DNA of 64,000 nucleotides from Microcoleus sp. Its GTDB lineage: Bacteria > Cyanobacteriota > Cyanobacteriia > Cyanobacteriales > Microcoleaceae. Below are positions 48,358 through 58,726 of this stretch, piece after piece. The notes beneath the pieces are model-generated. The model was not told the DNA's origin, did no database searches, and worked only from the letters and a program-made list of their open reading frames with translations. The position numbers and the translations under genes are program-made. The DNA lies in contig JAYFMW010000020.1 in NCBI GenBank assembly GCA_042408215.1, forward strand, positions 416,001 through 480,000, given 5' to 3'. Each line of letters opens with the position of its first letter. The stretch's first letter is position 1.

Positions 48358-49710
48358 ATGAAAAACTTGTCAATCTTGCAAAAAAGCTTTTTTAAACCGG
48401 TCGATCGAGTCTCTAGAAAAAAGCCAAAATTAGCCCTGTATATGTTGGGGCTGTTTTTGCTGTTTCTCACAGCAGCAATCGCGGCAGCCCTCGGGGCAAT
48501 TACCGCCCTGTTATCCCCCGTGGAACCGCAAATTATTACTAGAGTGCTAGACGCTACCGGGCTCCCTGAGAGCAAGCCCGCCCGTTCTGGATACCGCCTG
48601 TCGCGGCCAGTTAATATCTTAATCATGGGAGTTGACCGCGTACCACAAGTTGCGGCAAATTCCTCTAAAAGTTTTGACGGTCGTAGCGATACAATACTCT
48701 TATTGCACCTCGATCCTAGAGATAAATCTATTAGTTTGCTTTCGGTGCCGCGAGATACTAAAGTCAAAATTCCCGGAGTTGCTTTCAGCAAAATTGGCGA
48801 AGCAAATGCTAGAGGAGGATCAGCTTTAGCGGCGCGATCGATCAGCAGTATGCTGAACAATGTGACCATCGATCGATACGTGCGAATTAGCACCGATGCG
48901 TTTCGCGAATTAGTCGATTTGTTGGGCCAAGTGGAAGTATTTGTACCCCGCGCGATGTCCTATACAGATAGTGCCCAAAAGTTAAGAATCAACTTAGTGC
49001 AGGGATGGCAAACTCTCAACGGAGAACAAGCAGAACAATTTGCTCGATTTCGCAATGACGGTTTAGGAGATGTCGGCAGCATTGGGCGTCAGCAATCTTT
49101 AATTCAAGCTATTCGGAACCGACTTGTAAGTCCATCAGTAGTGGTGCGGCTACCGGAAATTATTCGATTGATGCAAAAATATGTCGATACAAATCTAAAA
49201 TTTGAGGAAATATTGACTCTGGCAAATTTTGGTGTGCAATTAGAACCAGATAATTTTAAAATGGTGATGTTGCCTGGACGTTCTAGTTCAGAAGAAGGCG
49301 ATTTGAGGAGTTATTGGATTGTAGATGCGATCGGGCGCGATCGAATTATGACACAATACTTCAAGCAAGGCTTGTTAGATTTTGCACAAGGGCGATTTGG
49401 CAATCCCAGCCAGTCTGTTTTGCCCAGCCAACTCAAAATAGCCGTCCAAAACGCTTCTAGCAACCCAAAAACAGCTAAAACCCTTGCTAGCTTTCTCAGA
49501 AAAAAGGGGTTTTATAATGTATATGTCGTTCAGGATTGGCCTGACAAGCAGCGTCAAAGCCAAATTATTGTACAGCAAGGCGATTTAGAGGCCGCGAATA
49601 TCCTTCAAAAAGTCTTAGGCGACGGTAAGATTGAAGCAGCTTCGATCGGTGAAATCGCTTCTGACTTGACAATTCGCATCGGCGAAGATTGGGTCAAACG
49701 ATTTAATTAG
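48358..49710 (+). CDS. LCP (LytR-CpsA-Psr) family protein with LytR_C domain
   Basis: TM segment; NILIMGVD, RSDTILL, SVPRDT and FARFR motifs; C-terminal IAVQNA...LTIRIGEDW. Confidence 0.9.
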   Translation: MKNLSILQKSFFKPVDRVSRKKPKLALYMLGLFLLFLTAAIAAALGAITALLSPVEPQIITRVLDATGLPESKPARSGYRLSRPVNILIMGVDRVPQVAANSSKSFDGRSDTILLLHLDPRDKSISLLSVPRDTKVKIPGVAFSKIGEANARGGSALAARSISSMLNNVTIDRYVRISTDAFRELVDLLGQVEVFVPRAMSYTDSAQKLRINLVQGWQTLNGEQAEQFARFRNDGLGDVGSIGRQQSLIQAIRNRLVSPSVVVRLPEIIRLMQKYVDTNLKFEEILTLANFGVQLEPDNFKMVMLPGRSSSEEGDLRSYWIVDAIGRDRIMTQYFKQGLLDFAQGRFGNPSQSVLPSQLKIAVQNASSNPKTAKTLASFLRKKGFYNVYVVQDWPDKQRQSQIIVQQGDLEAANILQKVLGDGKIEAASIGEIASDLTIRIGEDWVKRFN

Positions 49711-49885
49711 TTATTAGTCAGTAGTCAGTAGTCATTAGTCATTAGTCATTAGTCATTAGTCAGTAGTCATTAGTCAGTAGTCAGTAGTCATTAGTCATTA
49801 GTCGTTCAATCCAAAATCTCAAATCTCAAATCTAAAATTGCCCAATGTCCAATGCCCAATGCCCAATTCCCCATTCCCAATTTCC
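49708..49885. repeat. STRR tracts (AGTCA(T/G)T)n, (AAATCTC)n and (CCAATGC)n
   Basis: Tandem heptamers. Confidence 0.85.
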
Positions 49886-50395
49886 ATGAAAAGTATATTC
49901 CGAATTTTTCTGAGCCTGATTTTAAGTTTAGTTATAGCTTTTGGGTGGGTGATGCTGAGCGCTACTCCCGCATTTGCCTTACCTAAAACCAATGTGAATT
50001 ACACTAACATTAATTTGGACCATCGCGATTTTTCTAACGCTGATTTAGCCGGTGGAACATTTGTAGCTGCTGAGATGCGGAATACAAATTTTCAAGGTGC
50101 TGATTTAACTAATGCAATTTTGACTAAAGGAGTTTTGCTCAATGCCAATTTGTCCGGTGCTAACCTCTCCGGTGCTTTGGTAGATAGAGTGACATTTGAT
50201 GGCGCTAATTTAACAAATGCTAATTTTACTGAGGCTATTTTGACTCGAACTCGGTTTTACAATGCGGCCATTTCCGGTGCTGATTTTACTGATGCGATTA
50301 TCGACTCCTATCAAGTGAATCTCCTGTGCGAAAAAGCAGAGGGAATTAATCAAAAAACGGGGGTTTCTACGCGAGAAAGTTTGGGATGCAGGTAA
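49886..50395 (+). CDS. Pentapeptide-repeat protein with signal peptide
   Basis: A(D/N)LxG repeats, PAFA cleavage motif and C-terminal LC...TRESLGC. Confidence 0.9.
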   Translation: MKSIFRIFLSLILSLVIAFGWVMLSATPAFALPKTNVNYTNINLDHRDFSNADLAGGTFVAAEMRNTNFQGADLTNAILTKGVLLNANLSGANLSGALVDRVTFDGANLTNANFTEAILTRTRFYNAAISGADFTDAIIDSYQVNLLCEKAEGINQKTGVSTRESLGCR

Positions 50396-50551
50396 AAGCT
50401 GTGGGCTAATTTATTCTATATTAATAAGTTTGTAGTGAGGGACTTCAGTCCTCGTCGCTCCCCCCTAGCCCCCCTTTTTAAGGGGGGAATAAGAGTTAAG
50501 TAGGGTGCTTAGGTTGCACCTTACTACTGGGATTTGTGGGTATTCTGTTTT

Positions 50552-51805
50552 TTATCGAGCCCTACAAATGCTGGTGCTTGTAGTACCAACTACCAAATCC
50601 GAATTCAACTGCAAATCTAAATCGGTGTCGGGATTCACAACATACAAATCGACTTTATCTCTACCCAAAAACACTCCGATCAAACTCCCGATTCCAGCGC
50701 CACCGAGCACTTCTTCAGTCGCGATCGCCCGATCGCCCGTAACACCTGCGATCGCGGCGGCGGCGGCAGCACCCAAAGCCGTATTCTTAATCAGATTACC
50801 AACATTAACGCCCTTAGTCACACTTTCCTTCTTAGTAATCAGTTGCGAAGTAGCATTCAGAGGTACTCTGCTACCATTGAGTATGCTTAATTCTTGGGCT
50901 ACAAACTGAACGCCCCCAGAAGTCGATCGCAATTCGCCGCTCACTTTCGAGCCTTCCGGTACAAGCACTTTACCATCATTGCTCACCAGATCCGCAGCCA
51001 CTGTCAGCGTAATCGGAGACTTATCATTTGGGCCAAGCAGAATCTTGTCTTTTGTGTACTCGACGAGGATACGAGCACCGCTAGGAATTTTCACTGCTAC
51101 AGTCTCGCTAACATCAACCTTGGCAATATAGGGAGAATTAATTGCTTTTGCTTGATTAGTATTGACTAAAACTTGATAAATAAAAGCAGCTACTTCAGCC
51201 CGCGTTGCTGACTGGTTAGGCTTCAGAGATTTCGGATTAGGATAGCTGACAACCATCTGTCTTTCCGTAGCAGCAGCAACACTTTTGACAGCATAGTTTT
51301 GAATTTCAACCGCATCATTATAGTAGCTCAGAACATCTTGAAAATTGCAAATAGGCTCATAGCCCAGCCCATTATTTAAAGCGACTACAACTTGAACGCG
51401 AGGAATCTGCTGTGAGGGCCTGAAAACATTGCCGGGATAACCCGACATCCATCCCATTTCATAGGCTTCTGCGATCGCCCCCCTTGCCCAAAAATTCGAT
51501 TGAACATCCACAAAACCAACAGCAGCGCGGGTTTTTGCCTTGTTCACAGAACGAATCATTGCCGCGAATTCCGCTCGCGTCACGGGTGCATCCGGGCGGA
51601 ATCTGCCATCAGGAAATCCTTTGATAATGCCTCTTTCTGACAAATCTTGAATAAAGTCTTTGGCCCAGTAGTTATTGTTGACATCAGAAAAAGCTGTTTG
51701 AGCAAAAGATGGGGCGGGATCTAGCATCGGGGCTGCGGTTCCTGCAATGGTTCCCAATGTTAATAAAATAGATGTACCGGATTTAATGCGATGAAATACA
51801 GACAT
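50552..51805 (-). CDS. S-layer homology (SLH) domain protein
   Basis: Three SLH repeats (FSDV..YWA, GFPDGRFRPDAPVTRAEFA, ATRAEVAA) and a C-terminal glycine-zipper-like segment. Confidence 0.9.
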   Translation of the reverse strand: MSVFHRIKSGTSILLTLGTIAGTAAPMLDPAPSFAQTAFSDVNNNYWAKDFIQDLSERGIIKGFPDGRFRPDAPVTRAEFAAMIRSVNKAKTRAAVGFVDVQSNFWARGAIAEAYEMGWMSGYPGNVFRPSQQIPRVQVVVALNNGLGYEPICNFQDVLSYYNDAVEIQNYAVKSVAAATERQMVVSYPNPKSLKPNQSATRAEVAAFIYQVLVNTNQAKAINSPYIAKVDVSETVAVKIPSGARILVEYTKDKILLGPNDKSPITLTVAADLVSNDGKVLVPEGSKVSGELRSTSGGVQFVAQELSILNGSRVPLNATSQLITKKESVTKGVNVGNLIKNTALGAAAAAAIAGVTGDRAIATEEVLGGAGIGSLIGVFLGRDKVDLYVVNPDTDLDLQLNSDLVVGTTSTSICRAR

Positions 51806-52128
51806 TTTTATGTTCTCCAATTTACTGTTAGCAATTTATTAAAGGATTTGTCCTCTGTTATGTAATAATTATGCAACAATCTGATTTTTCTTGCAGGGAA
51901 GATACGGTCTTTTAAAATAAATAAATTTCTGGTATTTTCGGGATTGTAAAATCCTTAAATTCCTTAAAGTCTTTATGTTCCTTATCTCCTTTATCTGCCT
52001 TGTCTCTGTGATTAACAGGATTTACGGACAAAGCCGTTTGAGAAGAACTGCGAGTTCCCTTGACATGATCTCGCGCACATGAGAATATTAGCTATAGAGA
52101 CACATCGCATCAACTAGAGAACAAAAAT

Positions 52129-53610
52129 ATGAGCGCAGACGAACATATCTTGCAATTACCTCATATAAGTTTAAAGAGCAGAACACTACTGCCGGAAGAA
52201 TCTGGAATATATTACGTTGTCGATGAAACATCCATAATTTGGTACATCGGAAAAGCCAAGAATCTACGCACCCGATGGACAGGTGACAGCCACCACAGAC
52301 TAGATCAATTACAAAAGCAACGAAAAAAGCAGTTTACTATCTACTACGAATTATTGCCTGAATCGCTACTCGATCTTATCGAACAGCAGCGGATTGAGCA
52401 TTACAGCCCGCAGTTGAATGGAACTAAAGTCAAGGCTAAGAAATTACATCCAACCGAGACATTGTTACGGCAAACGTTATTTAGCCTTGCCCCTTACAGT
52501 TTTGTATTAGGTGTAGAATCCGCCCGAAAAGAAGATATTAAATTCATCGAAGATTCTATCTATAGGCTAGATAATTGGAGAGTTAAAAAGGCTCTTTTGC
52601 CTCTAATTGTAATACACATTTGCATCAATTTAAGTGAAATAGGCTACAACTGGAAATCAGCAATCCGTTTCCTGAAAACAATTTTTAGAAAGCGCAGTAA
52701 TTATTATAACAACTGGGAATTTGCTTATAAAGGTAAACCAGTTTATGAATTTGCTATGAGAAGATTGTTGGTCAATGGCTTCGCTATAGAAGTATATGGA
52801 ATCGACAAAGAAGCATTTGAATACATTCAAGGCTACGATTTGACTCAAGTGGCAAATGTAGAGATTAGGACTGTTGATGACGCTTCTTTAGCCATCCTAA
52901 AAAATAATTGTTTGCTTCGAGTTGCAGGAATATCTTTGGCTAATGATAACCAAGATTATCCATACGATCAACTTTCCCGCAAGGCTATAGAACGAATTCA
53001 TCCTTATAAACAAGATTTGGTTAAATTACTTTTTAATGAAGATATCGATTTAAGTAAGCTGCAAGTATTACCAATAGATACAAGAACTCTCCGCGATAGT
53101 AAGACGGGTCTGCTTGTAAGGTTGGCAAACATTGTTCAGAAAAAACAATATCTCGCGGCATTTTTAACGGAACGCGGTATTGACTTAAATCGTTATGAGG
53201 TAAATAGGTATCTAGAGCAACTACCAAAGGACGATAATTATATGGACAGCCTCAGAGATAAAAGAATGACTATCTTTGTCAAGCCATTTTTTGTTGTTAA
53301 TAACCAAGAAATTTATTCAGAAGCCACAGTAGATAGAGTGTTTTGGTTACTGCTAGAAACCTACTTGTCTGGTTTTGCTAAAGTAAAGCTGAACGAAGAA
53401 GAAGCATCTGCAAGCAAAGCGTATCTATTGCCTAGAAGATGTATGTCACCTGCTATAGTCACTGTCACCCTAAATGGGAAATGGAAAGCAGATATTCCAT
53501 TTGGTGCTAAAGATAATATGTCGTACAATGCAAGTATAGAGGCGATCGCAAGTCTGTTACAGGCCAGCGGAATACCTAAGCTGAAGTTCTCATTCACACT
53601 GGAGTCTTAA
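52129..53610 (+). CDS. Protein with an N-terminal GIY-YIG nuclease domain and an unrecognised C-terminal region
   Basis: SGIYYVV..WYIGKAKNLRTRW..E..I...PQLN. Confidence 0.8.
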   Translation: MSADEHILQLPHISLKSRTLLPEESGIYYVVDETSIIWYIGKAKNLRTRWTGDSHHRLDQLQKQRKKQFTIYYELLPESLLDLIEQQRIEHYSPQLNGTKVKAKKLHPTETLLRQTLFSLAPYSFVLGVESARKEDIKFIEDSIYRLDNWRVKKALLPLIVIHICINLSEIGYNWKSAIRFLKTIFRKRSNYYNNWEFAYKGKPVYEFAMRRLLVNGFAIEVYGIDKEAFEYIQGYDLTQVANVEIRTVDDASLAILKNNCLLRVAGISLANDNQDYPYDQLSRKAIERIHPYKQDLVKLLFNEDIDLSKLQVLPIDTRTLRDSKTGLLVRLANIVQKKQYLAAFLTERGIDLNRYEVNRYLEQLPKDDNYMDSLRDKRMTIFVKPFFVVNNQEIYSEATVDRVFWLLLETYLSGFAKVKLNEEEASASKAYLLPRRCMSPAIVTVTLNGKWKADIPFGAKDNMSYNASIEAIASLLQASGIPKLKFSFTLES

Positions 53611-54126
53611 CGCACATAGCTGTTTGCAAAAGAAAGAGTTGTGGTAGGGTGCGTCAGGTTTTATGTTCTAAATTTGCACAAAAATTATGATTCTGACGCA
53701 CCGTTTGTTGCGTGGTGCGTCAGTTGTGAGATTGTTGGTTTGTATCGAAAATAATGCGAGCTGACGCACCCTACTACTAACTCGACGCACATAGCTGTTT
53801 GCAAAAGAAAGAGTTGTGGTAGGGTGCGTCAGGTTTTAGGTTGTAAATTTGCACAAAGATTATGATTGTGACGCACCGTTTGTTGCGTGGTGCGTCAGTT
53901 GTGAGATTGTTGGTTTGTATCGAAAATAATGCGAGCTGACGCACCCTACTACTAAACGCACATAGCTGTTTGCAAAAGAAAGAGTTGTGGTAGGGTGCGT
54001 CAGGTTTTATGTTCTAAATTTGCACAAAGATTATGATTGTGACGCACCGTTTGTTGCGTGGTGCGTCAGTTGTGAGATTGTTGGTTTGGAGCGAAAATAA
54101 TGGTAGCTGACGCACCCTACTACTAA
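53610..54126. repeat. Three tandem ~171-175-bp units built from GGTGCGTCAG / CTGACGCACC REP-like inverted pairs
   Basis: Units start at 53610, 53785 and 53956; each has two inverted pairs. Confidence 0.93.
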
Positions 54127-54189
54127 CTACTGACTAATAACTAATGACTAATGACTACTGACTAATGACTACTAACTAATGACTACTGA

Positions 54190-54882
54190 CTAATGACTAA
54201 TACTCGCGATCGGCTCCCAAGTGATGACATCTTCAAATAAAGCTTGATACCCCGCTACATTGGGATGCAGCCCATCTGCAATCAGGTGCGATCGCCACCA
54301 ATCACTGCCCCGATTTATCCATTTATCAAAAATATCTAAATAGGGAATCCCCCGCAACTGACAAGCTAACTTCGTCGCCTCTTTATACCGATATTGGTCG
54401 GTATGATTGTAATACAAACAATCTTGAAAAGGCATTTTACGTTCATCAATCGGCACCATCCCGACAAATATTACCGGGCCAAGTTGTCTGGACAGGTTTA
54501 ATAAATTGTCCAAAACAGTTTTAAAATGTTCAAAATCAGTATAATTGCGCCCCCTCGGCGATTGCACTCTCGCCGTATCGTTGAGGCCTACCGAAAGTAT
54601 AATGGCATCCGGGAGGCGATTTCTGAGCTCGCCACGGTGTCTAAACTCGTTTTCTAGCCGTTGCGCGACTTGATGGGTGCGATCGCCCCGCACTCCCAAA
54701 TTGTAGAGCACGTGCCCAGGGCTGTCGGGACACATCCACTGTCGCCGCAGCCTTTCTACCCAGCCGCCGCCCACACCATCGCCGAAACCGTAGATTAAAC
54801 TGTCTCCGAAAGCTACCAATTTGAGGGGATGAGAATTGCTCCGATGCAATTGGAGAAAGGAATAGGCGGTCGCTGCCTGCAT
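54190..54882 (-). CDS. GDSL/SGNH hydrolase
   Basis: FGDSL, NLGVRG, GLND and DGLHPN blocks. Confidence 0.9.
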   Translation of the reverse strand: MQAATAYSFLQLHRSNSHPLKLVAFGDSLIYGFGDGVGGGWVERLRRQWMCPDSPGHVLYNLGVRGDRTHQVAQRLENEFRHRGELRNRLPDAIILSVGLNDTARVQSPRGRNYTDFEHFKTVLDNLLNLSRQLGPVIFVGMVPIDERKMPFQDCLYYNHTDQYRYKEATKLACQLRGIPYLDIFDKWINRGSDWWRSHLIADGLHPNVAGYQALFEDVITWEPIASISH

Positions 54883-54963
54883 AACTAATGATACTCTGTA
54901 AATAATTTACGAATTTTTACATACTAAACTAGAATGTAGCATTCAGATAAAGTAGGTAGTCTC

Positions 54964-55194
54964 ATGCTTAAGCGTCCAACTTTCGATTCAACTCAGCTAA
55001 CTCTTCGGGCGGAAGAGCTGATCAGTGCTGCTTCCAACCGATACCGGATTACGGTACAAGTGGCGAACCGCGCCAAACGCCGCCGCTATGAAGATTTTGA
55101 CAATATGGACGATCACCAAATGAAACCGGTGATGCGGGCGATATTTGAGATGTCTGATGAGTTGACTCAGTCAGAAATTATCGGCGATACCTAA
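54964..55194 (+). CDS. rpoZ: RNA polymerase omega subunit
   Basis: [19 protein letters not shown] and [13 protein letters not shown], cyanobacterial omega signature. Confidence 0.93.
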   Translation: MLKRPTFDSTQLTLRAEELISAASNRYRITVQVANRAKRRRYEDFDNMDDHQMKPVMRAIFEMSDELTQSEIIGDT

Positions 55195-55197
55195 TAG

Positions 55198-55535
55198 TCC
55201 ATAGGTGTCAACTTAAAACTGAAACCATCTGTATTTTTCGTTGATATCGAAGTCTCGATCCCCCTAAATCCCCCTTATTAAGGGGGATTTTGAACCCTCC
55301 TAGGGCGTGTTTTCAAACTACTGATTATGAACCATATCTCTCGAAGATCCCCCTAAATCCCCCTTAAAAAAGGGGAGTAGGGTGTGAGTAGGGGGTGACT
55401 TTGAGACTCTTTCTCCCCCCTTGTTAAGGGGGGCCGGGGGGGATCTTCGAGTTTGAAAACACGCCCTAGCCCCCTTGATTAAGGGGGCTAGGGGGGATAG
55501 AGACTTCCATACAAGCGACGTTTATTATGGGTTTT
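55198..55535. mobile_element. Multiply nested MITE remnant
   Basis: Left end CCATAGGTGTCAACTTAA; inner element TAGGGCGTGTTTTCAAACT...AGTTTGAAAACACGCCCTA (~55301-55469); the outer right end is missing. Confidence 0.75.
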
Positions 55536-55537
55536 AT

Positions 55538-57085
55538 AAGAAATACCCTGAAAACCCTGTGACTTTAGTCCAGGGATGAAAGGGCGTGGCAGGATTTATC
55601 CTGCCTGTTCGTAAGTTTCAATATAACATAATGTTTAACCGTCCCCGGACAAATACTTCTAGCAATTGAGACAAAGGTAAAGATTTGTTTAGGATTAATT
55701 AACTTGTTAATTCACGATATATACTCAACCTAGTATCATAACAGCCAGTAAATTAAATGTACGCAGTACAAAAAGATGTTTGGCGTTTAAAGGGACTCGA
55801 CAAAACCATTGTCGAACAACTACTAAGATGGTCAAATAATCTGTTTAATGTCGGAACCTATGAAAGTCGGCAACAATACTTTAAAAACCAAATCGCAGTT
55901 AAATATCCAGATTTGTATAAAATCACCAAAACCAACGAAAATTATGGGTTGCTATACTCTCAAGTTGCCCAGCAATCTCTTAAATCTGTCGCGGAATCTT
56001 TTACTTCTTTCCGAGCCTTAGAGAAGTTGGCAAATCAAGGAGAAATCCATCAAAAACCGAGACTACCAAGGTACAGAACCAAAGGGGGAATGTACCCTGT
56101 TTCGTATCCCGGTCAAGCCTTAAAGGTAATTGGAAATAAAGTCAGATTACCCCTAGGGAAAAAAGGAAAAGAATACTTTGGGAAAGATGCTATCTGGGTA
56201 AATTTACCGGAAAGACTGAAGAATTGCCAGATTAAAGAGCTTCGACTAATCCCTAGAAATGGTGAGGTCTGGGTCGAATATGTCCACGAATCCCTGACTG
56301 AACAAGCCCCTAGTTGCAGCTTGGAAGTAACAGGGGTTCTGGGCATCGATCACGGCATCAACAACTGGTTAACTTGTGTCTCTAGCAATGGTAAACCTTT
56401 CATCATTGATGGACATAGACTCAAGTCTTGGAACCAATGGTTTAACAAAGAAAAAGCGAGAGTTCAATCAGAACACGCAATACATAAATTGCCCAAAGGT
56501 TTCTCGTCAAAAAGATTACAACAGTTGTCGGAAAATCGCACTAGAAGGATGAGAGATGCTGTCAACAAAGCAGTTAGAACCATCGTATATTATTGCGAAA
56601 ATCACCAAATCAATGTCTTAGTCTTTGGCTGGAACAAGGGACAGAAGCAAGAAGTTAATATGGGGGGAGTGACTAATCAGAATTTTGTCCAAATACCCAC
56701 TGCTAAAGTCAAAGATAGACTACAACAAGAGTGCGACTTAAGGGGATGGCGATTTGTCGAACAAGACGAATCTTACACATCAAAAGCAAGTTTTTTAGAC
56801 CGAGACATTTTGCCAGTAAAAGTCGGTGAAAAACCTGACAATTGGCAACCATCGGGTAAAAGAATCAAAAGAGGATTGTACTGTTCTAGCGCTGGGTTGT
56901 TAATCAATGCAGATGTTAACGGTGCAGCCAATATCATTAGAAAGTCAAAAGTAGCCATAGACTCAATTCTTGAGCGAGTGGGTAGAGGGTTGCTGACTAA
57001 TCCTTTGAGAATTAAACTTTGGGCGGATTCATCCCCCAAAGTTTGTCCTTAAGAATCCCCGTGTCTTTAGACCGGGGAGTGTCAA
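55538..57085 (+). mobile_element. IS200/IS605-family (IS1341-type, tnpB-only) element
   Basis: Left hairpin CCCTGTGACTTTAGTCCAGGG, right hairpin CCCCGTGTCTTTAGACCGGGG ending GTCAA at 57085; left boundary approximate. Confidence 0.85.
55757..57052 (+). CDS. tnpB: RNA-guided endonuclease TnpB (intact ORF)
   Basis: LGIDHGINNW, LKSWNQWFNK, DESYTSKASFLD and INADVNGAANI motifs. Confidence 0.93.
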   Translation: MYAVQKDVWRLKGLDKTIVEQLLRWSNNLFNVGTYESRQQYFKNQIAVKYPDLYKITKTNENYGLLYSQVAQQSLKSVAESFTSFRALEKLANQGEIHQKPRLPRYRTKGGMYPVSYPGQALKVIGNKVRLPLGKKGKEYFGKDAIWVNLPERLKNCQIKELRLIPRNGEVWVEYVHESLTEQAPSCSLEVTGVLGIDHGINNWLTCVSSNGKPFIIDGHRLKSWNQWFNKEKARVQSEHAIHKLPKGFSSKRLQQLSENRTRRMRDAVNKAVRTIVYYCENHQINVLVFGWNKGQKQEVNMGGVTNQNFVQIPTAKVKDRLQQECDLRGWRFVEQDESYTSKASFLDRDILPVKVGEKPDNWQPSGKRIKRGLYCSSAGLLINADVNGAANIIRKSKVAIDSILERVGRGLLTNPLRIKLWADSSPKVCP

Positions 57086-57147
57086 TAGCCTCTGAGTGCT
57101 TTGTAAGTTTCTGAAGTTATTCTATTTTTAAAGAAATTATCAAAACC

Positions 57148-57795
57148 GTGAAGAAATTAAAGCAGGGCTTGAGTTTTTTATTCGTTACTTTGAGTGTGGC
57201 GATTTTCACGCTTTTGAGCTGGGTATTGGAATCGGGGGAACTTAGACTGTCGGCTGTAGAACCTTCCCTGCTACCGAGTCAAGAGTCTGTTTCTGTGCAA
57301 CGATTTGCTCAAGAATCCGCGCCGCAGCAACTGAGGGCGCAAGATGCGTGGAAATTTGTGTATGAACGATTGCCTGATTTGCCGATCGCCAATAATTACA
57401 TTTCTCAAGAAACTGGAAAAGTAGACCCCAATAATACTTTAGTCGGACGGTTGATTCGATATCATGTGTTTGTCAAAGGACGGCCGCCCAATTATCGCTT
57501 TGATTGGAAGTTGAGTTTAGCTGACTATTTGGGTGCTACTCCTGATTATTTAGTCGAAAGCGTTTATCCCGGTAAGGACGTTTTGCGTGAAAATCCGATG
57601 GAAGGCGATCGGGCTGCGATTCAAAGTTTAAATAGAACTCAGCGGGATGCTTTGGTTCAAGCTTTGGTTGATGTTTTTAGTGGGAATTCCGGGCGATCGC
57701 GCGCGCCGACGACGGGGGGAAAACCAGAAGGGCGATCGAACTCGCCGCAGATACCGCAGCCGCAGCCCGGTGATGCAAAGTTGCTGGCACCCTAA
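57148..57795 (+). CDS. Conserved hypothetical exported protein
   Basis: N-terminal hydrophobic segment; VYERLPDLP..N.Y and RFDWKLSLADYLG; contains HIP1 sites. Confidence 0.75.
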   Translation: MKKLKQGLSFLFVTLSVAIFTLLSWVLESGELRLSAVEPSLLPSQESVSVQRFAQESAPQQLRAQDAWKFVYERLPDLPIANNYISQETGKVDPNNTLVGRLIRYHVFVKGRPPNYRFDWKLSLADYLGATPDYLVESVYPGKDVLRENPMEGDRAAIQSLNRTQRDALVQALVDVFSGNSGRSRAPTTGGKPEGRSNSPQIPQPQPGDAKLLAP

Positions 57796-58046
57796 GATTT
57801 GGTTTCGGTTAGTTCGCGATCGCACGGGTGGTCAGAAACCGGTTTTTTAGGAGAATACAGGTTACAGCCCCCAGAAACGGGCAAACTACTTCGACACTTC
57901 CGGCGAATCGGAATGATTTAACCTTTCTAGAACGCAGAGAACGCAGAGGGAGATCGGAGAGAGATGAATAATTCCGATGAAGAGAGGATTTGATATCAGT
58001 GATTCACCCAATCTAAAATCCAAAATCTAAAATCTAAAATTGATCG

Positions 58047-58412
58047 ATGGAACGTGTAATTAAGACTGGTGACGGATGGCGTTTGGGATGGCACCCGGAT
58101 GCGACGGAGTTTCAGGGTTTGGTGGGGGGGGATGGTTGGGCGATCGAGCTAACCGAGGCTGAGTTGAACGATTTTTGCCGACTGTTAGCACAGTTAGCCG
58201 CCACCATGAGTCAAATGGCGAGTGAGTTGATGGATGAGGAAAAAATCGCCATTGAAGCCGAAAGCGATTTGCTGTGGGTGCAGGTAGAAGGCTATCCCCA
58301 AGCTTACAGCGTGCAGTTGATCTTGAGTGCTGGTAGGAGGTGCGAGGGTTTTTGGTCGATCGCAGCCGCGCCCGGTTTGGTGCAGGCGACAAAAGTTTTA
58401 AAAGTTTTTTGA
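58047..58412 (+). CDS. DUF1818-like cyanobacterial protein
   Basis: GDGWRLGW, LVGG..WAIELT and ELMDEE pattern. Confidence 0.78.
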   Translation: MERVIKTGDGWRLGWHPDATEFQGLVGGDGWAIELTEAELNDFCRLLAQLAATMSQMASELMDEEKIAIEAESDLLWVQVEGYPQAYSVQLILSAGRRCEGFWSIAAAPGLVQATKVLKVF

Positions 58413-58459
58413 TTTTTTTTTGACTTTTTCCTGAATTGATGATATGCTGTTAAAGCTGT

Positions 58460-58533
58460 CGGGACGTAGCGCAGCTTGGTAGCGCACTACTTTGGGGTAG
58501 TAGGGGTCGCAGGTTCAAATCCTGTCGTTCCGA
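58460..58533 (+). tRNA. tRNA-Pro(GGG)
   Basis: CGGGACG/CGTTCCG acceptor stem, D arm, CTACT-TTGGGGT-AGTAG anticodon arm and GGTTCAAATCC T arm; CCA not encoded. Confidence 0.96.
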
Positions 58534-58539
58534 TTCAGG

Positions 58540-58564
58540 AAACCCGCTCATTGAGCGGGTTTTA
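58540..58564 (+). terminator. Intrinsic terminator after tRNA-Pro
   Basis: AAACCCGCTCA-T-TGAGCGGGTTTT hairpin followed by a T tract. Confidence 0.75.
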
Positions 58565-58726
58565 CTGTTTTTATACGCAAATTGCTTTCTTTTGCGGTTC
58601 TCACTCTTGGGGTGACAGAATATGTCAAACTCAGACATTGAGTGAGATCAAATTGAGATCTGCCCAAAGGCTCTGTAAATGCGGTGCGCTGAGCGTAGTC
58701 GAAGCGTAGTCGAAGCGTAGAAGTTT

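Noticed and set aside
48189..48893. 234-aa minus-strand ORF
   Set aside because: Antisense shadow of the LCP and DUF6717-like genes with no recognisable motif
53610..54126. Possible CRISPR array next to a nuclease
   Set aside because: The repeats are inverted pairs and the inserts recur in every unit; kept only as a REP-like array
58450..58709. Short ORFs over the tRNA
   Set aside because: Explained by tRNA-Pro and its terminator
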